NCBI GenBank assembly: GCA_038230375.1
Contig: JBBRNJ010000050.1
Span: 1-64,000, forward strand
Source: Polyangiales bacterium
GTDB taxonomy: Bacteria > Myxococcota_A > Polyangia > Polyangiales > Polyangiaceae
Reading direction: 5' to 3'
Length of the DNA stretch: 64,000 bases
The translations under genes were made by a program, and so were the position numbers. This document shows, in pieces, positions 1 through 9,860 of the stretch. Numbering within the stretch: position 1 is the stretch's first letter; every line of letters begins with the position of its first letter. A model generated the notes under the pieces. The model searched no databases. It saw only the letters and a list, made by a program, of their open reading frames with translations, and was not told the DNA's origin.

Positions 1-1
1 G

Positions 2-475
2 ATCGACGGCCTCTCGAACTACCTCGACTCGCATGGCATGAAGAGCGTGAACGAGCTCCGCGGCCGCGCGATCCCCGGATACCAGGAGTGGGGCGATCTC
101 GATCTCTCCTACAAGCTGCTCGCGAAGATCGACCCGAAGAAGTGCATCGGCTGCCAGCTCTGCGTGACCGCCTGCAACGACGGCGCGCACCAGTGCATCT
201 TCACCGGCAACGAAGAGAAGGCGCGGCCTCCGCACGCACACGCACACGGAAAGGCGAAGCCCCCCTCCCCCTTCCCCATCGGCCTCCACGCAGGCAACCG
301 CGTGCCGTGGGTCGACGAACCGGAATGTGTAGGATGCAACCTCTGCGCGCTGGTCTGCCCAGTCGAAGGCTGCATCACGATGGAAGAGACCCCCAGCGGC
401 CTCCCCAAGGAATCCTGGAACGACCGCGTCGCAGCCGGCCGCGGAAAGATCCCCGGCGGCATCCACGAGTCGTAA
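2..475 (+). CDS. preA: NAD-dependent dihydropyrimidine dehydrogenase subunit PreA, C-terminal part (5' truncated by window edge)
   Basis: Open frame from position 2 (IDGLSNYLDSHGMKSVNELRGRA...). It has two ferredoxin motifs, CIGCQLCVTAC and CVGCNLCALVCPVEGCI, as in the PreA C-terminus. Confidence 0.85.
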   Translation: MDGLSNYLDSHGMKSVNELRGRAIPGYQEWGDLDLSYKLLAKIDPKKCIGCQLCVTACNDGAHQCIFTGNEEKARPPHAHAHGKAKPPSPFPIGLHAGNRVPWVDEPECVGCNLCALVCPVEGCITMEETPSGLPKESWNDRVAAGRGKIPGGIHES

Positions 476-614
476 ACGCGCCGCCTCGGGCGAGGGACAT
501 CCCGGCAGACTTCGTTTGTGCTCCGCGCGGTGCTCACGTACCAGAGTACGTTCCGCTCCGTGCTTGCCCAAAGCCTCGTCTGCCGGGCGTCTCTCGCCCG
601 ATCCGGCGCGTTTA
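473..614. mobile_element. MITE-like palindromic repeat element
   Basis: Imperfect terminal inverted repeats of ~39 nt (472-510 vs 578-615). TA at both ends and an internal hairpin ACGTAC-caga-GTACGT (536-551). Non-coding. Confidence 0.65.
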
Positions 615-626
615 CCGTTCAGTGGG

Positions 627-700
627 CAGTGCCAGAGATCTAGCGGGAGGGTGCAGTGCCAGAGATCTAGCGGGAGGGGTCAGTGCCAGAGATCTAGCGG
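627..700. repeat. 27-bp-period tandem repeat x3 (core CAGTGCCAGAGATCTAGCGG)
   Basis: Identical 20-mers at 627, 654 and 681. The last copy encodes the panB C-terminus PLDLWH. Confidence 0.95.
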
Positions 701-1618
701 TAGCGGTTCGTCTAGCGTGGACTCTTGAGGGAGCTGCGGCTTGCTTGGGCCGTTGGGTTTGTAGGTTTGCTCGGGGCCTGGGAAGGTGCCGGCTTGTACC
801 TCGGATATGTAGGCGGCTACGGCGGCTACGATCTGATCGCCTACTGGGGCGAATGCTTTTGCGAACTTTGGCTTGTGGCCGCGCGACATGCCCAGGAGGT
901 CCGTGCACACGAGCACCTGTCCGTTGCATGCGGGGCCCGCGCCGATGCCTATGGTCGGAATGGAGAGTGCCTCCGTGATGCGCTCTGCGACGTCCGGGGG
1001 GATTGCCTCGAGGACGATCGCGAACGCCCCGGCCGCCTCGATGGCGAGGGCATCACGAATGACCTTCTCTGCGGCATCTTCGCCGCGGCCCTGCACCTTG
1101 AAGCCACCCAGCGCGTGCACGCTCTGCGGCGTGAGGCCGACGTGCCCGACGACCGGGATGCCGGCCCGCACGATACGATGAACGTGCTCCGCGACCTCTG
1201 CGCCGCCCTCGAGCTTCACGCTCTCCGCAAAGCCCTCCTTCATGAGGCGACCCGCGTTCTCGACGGCCTGCGCCGGCGACGCCTGGTAGCTCATGAACGG
1301 CAGATCCGACGTCAGGTGCGCGCGGCCGAGACCGCGAGCAACCGCACGCGTGTGATAGACCATCTCGTCCATCGTCACGGGGATCGTGTTCGTCGCGCCC
1401 TGCACGATCATACCGAGCGAATCACCGACGAGCACCATGTCCACGCCCGCCTCGTCGATGAGGCGCGCCATGGTGAAATCGTAGGCGGTCACCATGGTGA
1501 TGGCTCCACCCTCCGTGGTGTTTGCTCCGGCGCTCAACTGTTTCCGGGCTTGCAGCTCCGGAACGGTGATCTTGCGCGGGCCACCAGCAGCGCCTGCGCC
1601 CTTCGGTGTAGTATACAT
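680..1618 (-). CDS. panB: 3-methyl-2-oxobutanoate hydroxymethyltransferase
   Basis: Motifs [43 protein letters not shown]. Start taken at ATG 1618. Confidence 0.97.
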   Translation of the reverse strand: MYTTPKGAGAAGGPRKITVPELQARKQLSAGANTTEGGAITMVTAYDFTMARLIDEAGVDMVLVGDSLGMIVQGATNTIPVTMDEMVYHTRAVARGLGRAHLTSDLPFMSYQASPAQAVENAGRLMKEGFAESVKLEGGAEVAEHVHRIVRAGIPVVGHVGLTPQSVHALGGFKVQGRGEDAAEKVIRDALAIEAAGAFAIVLEAIPPDVAERITEALSIPTIGIGAGPACNGQVLVCTDLLGMSRGHKPKFAKAFAPVGDQIVAAVAAYISEVQAGTFPGPEQTYKPNGPSKPQLPQESTLDEPLPLDLWH

Positions 1619-1727
1619 GGGACCTCGGGTCGCGGCCTCGCAGAGGAGGTCCACGCCTGCATAGAAAGCTAGCCTCGGAAGGGGTCGCCGGCAAGGTCGA
1701 CTTGTATTACCGTGCATTCCCAACGCC

Positions 1728-2195
1728 TTGAAAACCTCGTCTTTCTTTGGCCTCGCGGGGCCGCTCGCTCTCGCCGCCGTGCTCAGCGCGGGATGCGATC
1801 GCACGCCCAGCGCGGATGGTCTGCGCGAGTGGAACGTCCAGGACCACGAGCAGGATCAGGAGTCACTGAAGGCGCAGCTCCCGCGCAAAGGTGACGGCGG
1901 CAGTGGCGGCGGCGCGTCAGGTATTGCGGCGCTGGTCGATCTCACCTGGCGCGCACAGTGCGCGCAGTGCCACGGGGAGTCCGGTCGCGGCGACGGCCCG
2001 AACGGCCCCATGGTGAAGGCCACGAACTTCACCGACCCCGAGTGGCAGCACAGGATCCAGGACGGCGAGATCGCGAATGCGATCCAGAACGGCAAGGGCA
2101 AGATGCCCAAGTTCGATCTGTCGAGCGAGCTCGTCGCGGGGCTGGTCGTTCGCATCCGTCAGGTCGGCGGCGCGGGGCGACCGCCAGGCAAATAA
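1728..2195 (+). CDS. Monoheme cytochrome c lipoprotein
   Basis: Lipobox LSAGC, heme motif CAQCH, distal ligand region GKGKMPKF. Confidence 0.88.
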   Translation: MKTSSFFGLAGPLALAAVLSAGCDRTPSADGLREWNVQDHEQDQESLKAQLPRKGDGGSGGGASGIAALVDLTWRAQCAQCHGESGRGDGPNGPMVKATNFTDPEWQHRIQDGEIANAIQNGKGKMPKFDLSSELVAGLVVRIRQVGGAGRPPGK

Positions 2196-2666
2196 GTGTC
2201 AGAGGAGGCGGCCCAAAAGCCCTCGTCGATCCGGCGGCGCGCGCGCTCACCGTTCACCTGGCTCGCGCTGCTCCTGTTCGCGGGGGTGGCGTTCTACATC
2301 TCGAGCAAGGAACCGAAGGAGCAGCACGTGCGCTTCGTGCTGGGCGCGGCGGCCCCTCGTGTGACCCGCCTGACGTGTGACTATGAGGCAGCCACCACGG
2401 GGGATGGCATCGCCCGGGCCGCGGAGTTCACCTATGATCATGGCGAGGCCCCCCGCGTCGTCCCCCACGATCCGGAGCTCACGCCCGGAGATTACGTGCT
2501 CCACATTCGAGTCTTTTCCAAAGACGGCCAAAACACGCTAGAACGGCGGGTGACGTTCTCGTCCGGCACCGTGAGCGTCGATCTCGCAGACGCCGTCCCT
2601 GGCCCCTCGAAAGCCCCCCCCGGCGCCCCGTCCGCCCCAACCCCCGCTTCCAGCGGAAAACCGTGA
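2196..2666 (+). CDS. Hypothetical single-TM protein
   Basis: N-terminal hydrophobic helix. Abuts the cytochrome gene and overlaps the next gene by GTGA. Confidence 0.75.
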   Translation: MSEEAAQKPSSIRRRARSPFTWLALLLFAGVAFYISSKEPKEQHVRFVLGAAAPRVTRLTCDYEAATTGDGIARAAEFTYDHGEAPRVVPHDPELTPGDYVLHIRVFSKDGQNTLERRVTFSSGTVSVDLADAVPGPSKAPPGAPSAPTPASSGKP

Positions 2667-4024
2667 GCAGCGACAAACCTCCCTCCTCGCAATCCGCCCA
2701 CGTCGAAATCGCGACGCGCGCTTCCATGCCCTCCTCCGGCGGCGGCATCGGGATCATGGCGACAGTTCTGAACGGCAGCCACAAGGGCACGCAGAAGCCG
2801 CTCGCCGGACGCCTGACGATCGGCAAAGCACCCGATAACGATCTCGTGCTGACCGACGACACCGTGTCGCGCCACCACTGCGAGATCATCCGCGCGCCCG
2901 ACGGTATGCATGTCCGCGACCTGGACTCCACGAACGGCACCAAGATCGATGGCACGCGCATCCGCGAGGCCATGCTTCAGTCCGGCAGCGTCCTCAAGGT
3001 CGGCGAGATCGAGGTCGCATTCAAGCCCGTCACGCACCGCCTCGAGGTGCTGCCCAGCGACAAGAACCACTTCGGTCCCGCGCTCGGCAGCAGCCTCTCC
3101 ATGCGGACGATCTTCGGCGTGCTCGAGCGCATCGCCAAGACCGACGCCACGGTCCTCCTTGAAGGGGAGACGGGCACGGGCAAGGACGTCCTCGCGCGCG
3201 CCGTCTGGTCCGAGAGCCTGCGCGCGGGCAAGCCGTTCGTCGTCGTCGACTGCGGCGCCGTCAGCTACTCCCTCATCGAGAGCGAGCTCTTCGGCCACGA
3301 GCGCGGCAGCTTCACCGGCGCCGTCTCGCAGCGTCAGGGAGCCTTCGAGCTCGCAGACATGGGCACGGTGTTCCTGGACGAAATCGGAGAGCTCCCGCTC
3401 GACGTACAGCCCAAGCTCCTGCGCGTGCTCGAGACCAAGGAGTTCCGTCGCGTGGGCGGCAACAAGCCGTTGTCGGCGAACTGCCGCGTGATCGCCGCCA
3501 CCAAGCGCGACCTCAATCGCGAAGTCGCGGCCGGCAAGTTCCGCGAGGACCTTTATTTCCGCCTCGCCGTGGTCCCCGTGACGGTGCCGTCGCTGCGCTC
3601 GCGCCGCGAAGACATCCCGATCCTGGTCGAGCACATCCTGAAGACCACGGGCGCGCACCTCACGGTCACCGCCGAGACAATGGCCGCGCTCTCCTCGCAC
3701 GACTGGCCGGGCAACGTCCGTGAGCTACGCAACGTGCTCGAGCGCGCGATCTACATGGCGCAGGCGACCGGCTCCACCGAGCTAGGCGTCGTCGCCCTCC
3801 CCACGGGCGGTGGCGAGCCAGCATTCCAGTTCGAGGCCGAAAAGAGCTACCGCGAGACCCGCGCCAAGTACGACACCGAGTTCGAGAAGCGGTACGTACG
3901 CTGGCTCCTCGGCCGCCACAGCGGCAACGTGAGCGCCGCTGCGAGAGACGCAAAAATGGACCGGAAGCACCTCTCCGATCTGGCGAAAAAACACGGCCTC
4001 CGCGGCTCCGAAGACGGCGACTAG
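2663..4024 (+). CDS. FHA-domain sigma-54-dependent transcriptional activator (Fis-type HTH)
   Basis: FHA (IGK...VSRHH...DLDSTNGT), Walker A GETGTGK, GSFTGA loop, [16 protein letters not shown]-terminal HTH. Confidence 0.95.
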   Translation: MSSDKPPSSQSAHVEIATRASMPSSGGGIGIMATVLNGSHKGTQKPLAGRLTIGKAPDNDLVLTDDTVSRHHCEIIRAPDGMHVRDLDSTNGTKIDGTRIREAMLQSGSVLKVGEIEVAFKPVTHRLEVLPSDKNHFGPALGSSLSMRTIFGVLERIAKTDATVLLEGETGTGKDVLARAVWSESLRAGKPFVVVDCGAVSYSLIESELFGHERGSFTGAVSQRQGAFELADMGTVFLDEIGELPLDVQPKLLRVLETKEFRRVGGNKPLSANCRVIAATKRDLNREVAAGKFREDLYFRLAVVPVTVPSLRSRREDIPILVEHILKTTGAHLTVTAETMAALSSHDWPGNVRELRNVLERAIYMAQATGSTELGVVALPTGGGEPAFQFEAEKSYRETRAKYDTEFEKRYVRWLLGRHSGNVSAAARDAKMDRKHLSDLAKKHGLRGSEDGD

Positions 4025-4061
4025 AACAGCGTCGACTTGAGCGAGACGCGCCGCGGTCGTA

Positions 4062-4826
4062 CTATTCGATCCCGGCGATGCCGAGCTCGCTCTTCATGTG
4101 GATCGCGAGCTGCGCCTCGGCGTCCAGGAAGAGCGCGGTGTGGTAGGGATCGCTCGTGACGGACTTGTTGTCCGTCTTCACCACTTTTCCTGTCCTCCGA
4201 TTCGTGGTGATGACCTGAAACTCCTCCGTGTGTGCGCTCCCGAGCGCAGGGTCCGCGGTGGGTGTGAAGGTGCCCGCGCAGACGACCGTCGGCGCGGCGG
4301 GAGCAAGGTCGACGAGGAAGTAGTCCATCGCCCCGGTGCGCAGCTCACGCACGATGACCACGTTCTTCACGTTGAGGCCGCGCCTCACGGTGTCCTTGAA
4401 GTCGTCTTTCGCGGGATCGCCCATCATGTAGTCGGGGTAGAAGCCGTTGGTCCCGCGCATCACGCGGGGAAACGGATTGGTGCCGAAGTAGAGGTCGAGC
4501 GACTCGTTCTTGTGCTGGTCATCGGCTGGGGCGCCGCCGCGCTTGGCCTCCTCCAGCATCATGTAGTCGGTGTTGTGGGCGTCGCTCGCCGGATCAAAGG
4601 TGAGGGGCTTCGTTGCCTTGCACTTCGAGGTCTGCGGCGTGGGCGGCTTCTTCTCGACCAGCGCCGCCGCGGCGACGAGCTTCGGACGAAGCGCATCCGC
4701 AGCAGGCTTCGCCTCAGCGTACACCTGCTTCTGGGTCTTCAGGAGGTTGCAGCCGGAGGCCGCGACCGTGGCGAACGCGAGAGGAAGAAAGAGGCACGAA
4801 CGCAGCAGTCCGAAGCGTTTCCACAT
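4062..4826 (-). CDS. Hypothetical lipoprotein
   Basis: Lipobox AASGC after a hydrophobic leader; typical codon usage. Confidence 0.8.
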   Translation of the reverse strand: MWKRFGLLRSCLFLPLAFATVAASGCNLLKTQKQVYAEAKPAADALRPKLVAAAALVEKKPPTPQTSKCKATKPLTFDPASDAHNTDYMMLEEAKRGGAPADDQHKNESLDLYFGTNPFPRVMRGTNGFYPDYMMGDPAKDDFKDTVRRGLNVKNVVIVRELRTGAMDYFLVDLAPAAPTVVCAGTFTPTADPALGSAHTEEFQVITTNRRTGKVVKTDNKSVTSDPYHTALFLDAEAQLAIHMKSELGIAGIE

Positions 4827-4929
4827 GATGCGGACACTACCACGTTGGGGAGCGCAGGTCCGTTCGCGACCGCCCGCGTCAGTCTGCGCGCAACGTGCGC
4901 GTCACGAGGCCGTGGGATAGGTTGCCGTC

Positions 4930-5331
4930 ATGATCACCGCCTCTGCAACCGTGCACAAGGGATCTTGCCTCTGCGGCGCCGTGACGTTCCAGATCGAGGG
5001 TGATCTGCCGTCGCCAGATGCCTGTCACTGCTCGCAGTGCCGCAAGCAGACAGGGCATTACTTTGCATCCACGGACGTGTCTCGCGCGGCGCTCGCGATC
5101 CAGGGCGAGGACAAGCTCACGTGGTTTCAGTCGTCGGCGAAGGTGCGAAGGGGATTCTGCGCCACGTGCGGGTCCGCGCTCTTCTGGGACCCGCCGGCAA
5201 AGGACTGGATCGGCGTCGCCATGGGCGCGCTGGACAAGCCTACGAATACGCGCCTGCGGATACACATCTTTGTTGCCGACAAGGGCGACTACTACGATAT
5301 CGCGGATGGCCTGCCGCAGAACGAACATTGA
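4930..5331 (+). CDS. GFA (glutathione-dependent formaldehyde-activating/CENP-V) family protein
   Basis: GSCLCG, CHCSQCRK and RGFCATCGS motifs. Confidence 0.93.
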   Translation: MITASATVHKGSCLCGAVTFQIEGDLPSPDACHCSQCRKQTGHYFASTDVSRAALAIQGEDKLTWFQSSAKVRRGFCATCGSALFWDPPAKDWIGVAMGALDKPTNTRLRIHIFVADKGDYYDIADGLPQNEH

Positions 5332-5352
5332 TGTCGGCGGGGCGCGCACCCA

Positions 5353-5372
5353 GCGCGGCTCGCAAGCCGCGC
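5353..5372. terminator. GC hairpin between convergent genes
   Basis: GCGCGGCT-cgca-AGCCGCGC 8-bp stem, overlapped by the direct repeat GCGCGCACCCAG (5342, 5369). Confidence 0.5.
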
Positions 5373-5411
5373 GCACCCAGAGCCGAAAGCGGGTCGGCGC
5401 GTGTTTTTGAG

Positions 5412-5948
5412 TCAGCGCGAGGTTCTTTTTCGGATCAGCGCGGCGCCGACACATAGGAGGCCCAGCGCCACTGCCAGCTTGCCTTCGTTTGCGCTGTTGC
5501 CCACGGTGGTGCATCCGCAGCTCGACTTCTTCGCGTCGGCCGCGGGCGCCGCGCTCGCGGATGCCGCCGGTGTGAGGATTCCCATCTTGTCTGCCTTCGA
5601 CTTCTCGATGCAGCGCGACTTGTCGGAGCATGTGGTGGTGTTGGGACACTTCTTGTCGGCGGCGCAGCGACCCGTCGCGATGAGGCGGCTTTGCTTGTTG
5701 TTCGCGGTCGCGCCGCCGTCGCCTGCGATGGTGCCGATCTGGACGCAGAGCGCCATCGGGCGGCAGACCTCGTTCGGGAGGCAGTTGGCGTCGTTCTCGC
5801 AGACCGAGGGCTCGCACCAGGTCATGCTGTTCTCGGTCTTGTTCACGCTGCCCGGCGGGCAGTCGGACGGATCCGTCTCCACCGCGTGAGCGAGCGCAGG
5901 CAGCGAGAGCGACACGGCAACCGACAGAGCGAGCACGACCTTGTTCAT
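5412..5948 (-). CDS. Cys-rich secreted protein with MYXO-CTERM-type sorting tail
   Basis: Signal peptide (..LAHA), Cys-rich body, C-terminal SSCGC-spacer-TM-RKR. Confidence 0.85.
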   Translation of the reverse strand: MNKVVLALSVAVSLSLPALAHAVETDPSDCPPGSVNKTENSMTWCEPSVCENDANCLPNEVCRPMALCVQIGTIAGDGGATANNKQSRLIATGRCAADKKCPNTTTCSDKSRCIEKSKADKMGILTPAASASAAPAADAKKSSCGCTTVGNSANEGKLAVALGLLCVGAALIRKRTSR

Positions 5949-5977
5949 GCTCTCCGTCCTATCCGAGCTTGGGAGCC

Positions 5978-7498
5978 TCACAAATTGAAAAAGCCTCTGA
6001 TCTGGCTCAAGAGACGGGCTGACCTGTCCACCATCGGCTCGCTGTGGCGATCGGGCGATGACAGCACCGCCTCCTCCAGCTCCTCCTGGCGCTTCGCAAG
6101 CACCTCGCTCATGCGCTCCACGATCTCCGGGCTCGCCGCGATCGTGTGGTGGAACGCGTCGTGGTCCACGACCAGCAACGTGCACTGCGTGGCCGCGCGC
6201 ACCGTGGCCTTGCGCTCCTCGCCCGTCATGAGGCTCATCTCGCCGAAGAACGTCCCCGCACGAAGCGTGGCCACCGGCACCGCGTCGCCGCCCTTCATCA
6301 CCTCCACGAGGACCTCGCCCTTGTCGATGATGTAGAGCTCGCTCGTCTTCTCGCCTTCGCGAACGATCACCTCGCCCGCAGCGAACATCTTCACGCCAAC
6401 CTCCGCCGCCAGCGCACGGTGGGCATCCGCCGGCAGCACGTCCAGGAAGTCCACGCAGCGCAGCGCGCGATCACGCTTCTCCAGCTCACGATCCTCGCTT
6501 CGCTTCTTCGTCTCGTCGCTGACCTCGTGGACGTGGAGCGTCCGCGTGGGGAACGGGAACTCGATCCCGGAGCGCTGGAATGCGTAGTAGATGCGATTGC
6601 GGACGCGTCCTTCGATCACGAGCATGCTCGGCATGTCATCGATGAAGTAGAAGACCGTGTACTCGATCCACGCGTCGCAGAACTGCCGCGTCACCACGCT
6701 CGGCGCCGGCTCCGAGAGCACGCCACCCGTGTCGCGCATCGCGGCCAGGATCACCTCGTGGACGCGCTCGGGCGCGACGTCGTAGCCGCCAGTGACGGTG
6801 ACGTTCCGGCGTGACACGTTCGAGGGCCGCGAGAAGTTACGGAGCGCCGTCTTCGCGAGCATCCCGTTCGGCACGATGACCTCCACCATGTCGTGCGTCA
6901 TGAAGGACGTGGCGCGCCAGTTCACCTCCGTCACCTTGCCGATGGTGTGCGGCCCTGCAGTGTCGACCTCCACCCAGTCGCCCACGTCGAACGGGCGCTG
7001 CATCTGAAGAGCAAGACCGCTGACCATGTTGCCGAGCGTGTCCTGGAGCGCGAGCCCCAGCGCGGCGGTCAGCAGCGCCGACGTTGTCAGGATGGAGCCG
7101 GGCTCCACGCCCACCGTGTGGAGCGTGAGGATCGCCACGATGAAGTAGACGACCGCCTGCACCACATCGCGGAAGATGACGGGCGTGGACTTGTGCGTGC
7201 GGCGCGCCAAGAGCACGTCCAGCAAGAGCAGCACCGCGCTGCGCGCTGACGACGAGAACAGGAAGAACGTGTAGAGGAAGCCCGTGATGCGCCCGACGCG
7301 AGCCTCCGCGCTGATGAGCGCCGTGACAGCGCCGAACAGCACCGCAAGCAGGAGGAAGAGCGCCGGCTGGCCCGCCTTCTTCTTGTCCTGGTTTGGAAGG
7401 ACGGCACGCAGCACAAGAACGAGCAAGAAAGCCACGACGAACGACCCCACCTCGAACAGGCGGTCGTTGTGCTCCGCGAGGCCCATGGGATCGCGCAT
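5978..7498 (-). CDS. MscS-family mechanosensitive channel with C-terminal cNMP-binding domain
   Basis: TM helices, GLALQDTLGN..SG, RPFDVGDWV, IEFPFPTR, and cNMP domain FFGEMSLMTGEERKATV. Confidence 0.93.
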   Translation of the reverse strand: MRDPMGLAEHNDRLFEVGSFVVAFLLVLVLRAVLPNQDKKKAGQPALFLLLAVLFGAVTALISAEARVGRITGFLYTFFLFSSSARSAVLLLLDVLLARRTHKSTPVIFRDVVQAVVYFIVAILTLHTVGVEPGSILTTSALLTAALGLALQDTLGNMVSGLALQMQRPFDVGDWVEVDTAGPHTIGKVTEVNWRATSFMTHDMVEVIVPNGMLAKTALRNFSRPSNVSRRNVTVTGGYDVAPERVHEVILAAMRDTGGVLSEPAPSVVTRQFCDAWIEYTVFYFIDDMPSMLVIEGRVRNRIYYAFQRSGIEFPFPTRTLHVHEVSDETKKRSEDRELEKRDRALRCVDFLDVLPADAHRALAAEVGVKMFAAGEVIVREGEKTSELYIIDKGEVLVEVMKGGDAVPVATLRAGTFFGEMSLMTGEERKATVRAATQCTLLVVDHDAFHHTIAASPEIVERMSEVLAKRQEELEEAVLSSPDRHSEPMVDRSARLLSQIRGFFNL

Positions 7499-8788
7499 CT
7501 AGAAGACCAGCCCCCCGGAGAGACCAAGGATGTACGCGCGCGCGTCGCCGATGGGGCTGCCGCCGAGCGTGAACTGGTCGTACGAGAACTGCACTGCGTC
7601 TGCAGACACGCCTGCCTTTGCGCTCTCCACCACCCAGAAGAGGTTCCCCTCCTTGCGCCGAAACGTGTAGTTTGCACGCACTCCGACCGTGAGGCTGGAG
7701 AACGGCGAGAGCTCACGATCGCCCGTAAAATACTGGCCTTTGGGGCCCAGCGGCCGATCGCCGCCGCTGTAGTCGTCGCTGTAGAATATGGCGCCGGTCT
7801 GCTTGTAGAAACGGCCGCGAAGGGAGGCACGGAGGGCGTCGCCGAAGTACTTCTCGAACTCGAGCTCGGCGGTGATGCTGTGGATGTCCCACGTGTCGTC
7901 GTAGCCGCGGACGCTCGCGTGGACGACTCCGCGGATGGGACGGATGAAGTAGTTCGCGCGGAGCGTGACGGACTGCCGCGCGCGGTCGTTCGGGTGGTGC
8001 TCCTGCGCCTTCAGGCCTTCCCCCAGGATGACGCTGCGGTAGGGGTCCGACTGGAAGCCGTCGATGATCTGGACGCCGTACGTGAGCTGCGTGACCAGAA
8101 CCGGGGTCCACGCCTGCGTCCAGCTGCCCTGGAACGCGTCGACCGTGATGCCGCGCCGGGAGCGGAGCGGATTGTCGTTCGTGAAGCAGCCATTGGAGTC
8201 CTCGAGGGCGAACGCGCGCGAGGGCGTCACGTTCGGGCCTTGCGTGCGATCGCAGACGGTGTCCAGGTTCTTCGCGTAGCCGATCTCGAACTCGGTGTTG
8301 TGCTCGAGCGCGTCGGTCTTGGCCGTGACGAAGAAGGCGTGCGAGCGGTAGTCGTGCTCCGTGCCGTAGCTGTAGCCGGCGCTGTACACGGTGTTGCCAT
8401 GCGTGAGTGAGAAGCCACCGTGACCGACCTGGCGAAAATCGTGCACGCTCGCGGCGGTGATGACGTCAGCGCCGGGATGCGTGTTCTGGTACGCGGGGCC
8501 CGCCTTCACGGCCACGCTGGCGCCGGAGACCACGTCTGCGGCGTAGCCTGCGGTCACGCCGAGCCAGCTCGTGGGTTTCACGGTGAGGTCGAGGCCGGGC
8601 GTGTACACGAACATGTGCGAGCGCGTCGGCGCCTCGTAGAAGATCGTGTGCGCCGTGTCCACGTCGACGACCTCGGCCCGAGCGTCCGGCGCAAGGGCGA
8701 GCAGCGCCACCGCGAGCGCTCCGCCTGTGAGTCGGGCCGAGCGCACGAAGCCGCGAGCGAGATGCTGGTCGCTCAGTTGCAGCCGCAT
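7499..8788 (-). CDS. DUF3570-like outer-membrane beta-barrel protein
   Basis: Signal peptide, DVVSGAS, EHDYRS, GFQSDPYR, E.HP..R, YDDTWDI, DRELS motifs, terminal Phe; next to DUF4266. Confidence 0.8.
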   Translation of the reverse strand: MRLQLSDQHLARGFVRSARLTGGALAVALLALAPDARAEVVDVDTAHTIFYEAPTRSHMFVYTPGLDLTVKPTSWLGVTAGYAADVVSGASVAVKAGPAYQNTHPGADVITAASVHDFRQVGHGGFSLTHGNTVYSAGYSYGTEHDYRSHAFFVTAKTDALEHNTEFEIGYAKNLDTVCDRTQGPNVTPSRAFALEDSNGCFTNDNPLRSRRGITVDAFQGSWTQAWTPVLVTQLTYGVQIIDGFQSDPYRSVILGEGLKAQEHHPNDRARQSVTLRANYFIRPIRGVVHASVRGYDDTWDIHSITAELEFEKYFGDALRASLRGRFYKQTGAIFYSDDYSGGDRPLGPKGQYFTGDRELSPFSSLTVGVRANYTFRRKEGNLFWVVESAKAGVSADAVQFSYDQFTLGGSPIGDARAYILGLSGGLVF

Positions 8789-8991
8789 CCGCCTCCAGAG
8801 ACGCCGCCGCCACCCGTGGAGCCTTCGCGGTTGTCGAGCGCGTGCTTCTTCTGGGACTGCGCCAGCTCCTCGCCGTCGAAGCGCATCGTCGGGTCGGCGA
8901 GCACCGAGCGCTGCTCCGGACGCACGGTCACGCACCCCCCGAGGAACGCGACGCCCAGCACCACGAGCACGACGGACAGATGCGTGGCCAT
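8773..8991 (-). CDS. DUF4266-like small lipoprotein
   Basis: Lipobox LGGC, V+P..R..LADP.M, C-terminal REG..GG....GGGCGCN. Confidence 0.88.
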   Translation of the reverse strand: MATHLSVVLVVLGVAFLGGCVTVRPEQRSVLADPTMRFDGEELAQSQKKHALDNREGSTGGGGVSGGGCGCN

Positions 8992-9860
8992 CAGAAGTAC
9001 ACTCCGAACCCGCCTGAATAGGTCTGGGCGTTCTTGAACGAGCTCGACGTGAGCAACGACATGTTGGTCACCTCGAAGCGCGTGAGGATGCGGCCACGCA
9101 GGGCCAGGAGGATGCCGCCGCCGGCGCGGCCCACGTAGAAGTCCTCCTTCTTCAGCACGAAGGAGTCCGTCTGCGGAATGACGTTGAGCCGCCCGCCGCC
9201 GGCAGAGAGGAACGGGCACACCGGCCAGTTGGGTGCAAAGTGCACGGATGCGCCCGCGCCGTAGAAGAGCTGCGAGCCATCGGCCGTGAGCGCCTCGGCG
9301 ATGAACCCCTCCAGCGTCAGAGACGACCCGACCACCACGGACGGGCGCGCCTCCATGTAGCCGAAGCCCTTCACCCCGCCGCTGGCGACCGGGATCTGGA
9401 GCAGTCCGCCCATGATCGCGAGACCTCCGTGCGATCCGGCGAGCGGTGGAGGCGCGAAGAACCCAGGCCGCGACGGCGCGTCGGGGCTTCCCGGCTTCAC
9501 GGCGAAGGTCTCGACCTGTTCACCCAGCACGTATGCCGTTCGCCCGTCCTCGAGGATGACCTTGAGCCAGAAGCCGGTATTCGCGCGGCCGTCGAGCGCG
9601 ATGGTCTCGCCGCGCTTCAGCGTCTCGATCACGCGATACGAGACGCCTGGTCCGGCGCGCACCTCCGCCTCATCGGTGAGGATGCGGGCGAACGCCTGAG
9701 GCTCCTCCTCGGCCGCCACTGCCGCACGCTCGTTCACCGCGACGAGCGTCGCGCTGCATGCGAGCGACGACGCACAACCGAGCGCGGCGGGGAGAGCCGT
9801 GCCGAGGCACGTGCGCAGGGCCCATCGGCGGGCGCGATTTGCGAGGGAAAAACGGCTCAT
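8991..9860 (-). CDS. SH3b-domain protein with C-terminal outer-membrane beta-barrel
   Basis: VRAGPGVSYRVI..LKRGE...W SH3b signature, then alternating beta-strands ending GGFGVYF. Confidence 0.8.
   Translation of the reverse strand: MSRFSLANRARRWALRTCLGTALPAALGCASSLACSATLVAVNERAAVAAEEEPQAFARILTDEAEVRAGPGVSYRVIETLKRGETIALDGRANTGFWLKVILEDGRTAYVLGEQVETFAVKPGSPDAPSRPGFFAPPPLAGSHGGLAIMGGLLQIPVASGGVKGFGYMEARPSVVVGSSLTLEGFIAEALTADGSQLFYGAGASVHFAPNWPVCPFLSAGGGRLNVIPQTDSFVLKKEDFYVGRAGGGILLALRGRILTRFEVTNMSLLTSSSFKNAQTYSGGFGVYF

Noticed and set aside
627..700. Repeat-spacer-like pattern as a mini CRISPR array
   Set aside because: The repeat is only 20 bp with near-identical 7-nt linkers, overlaps panB, and there are no cas genes.
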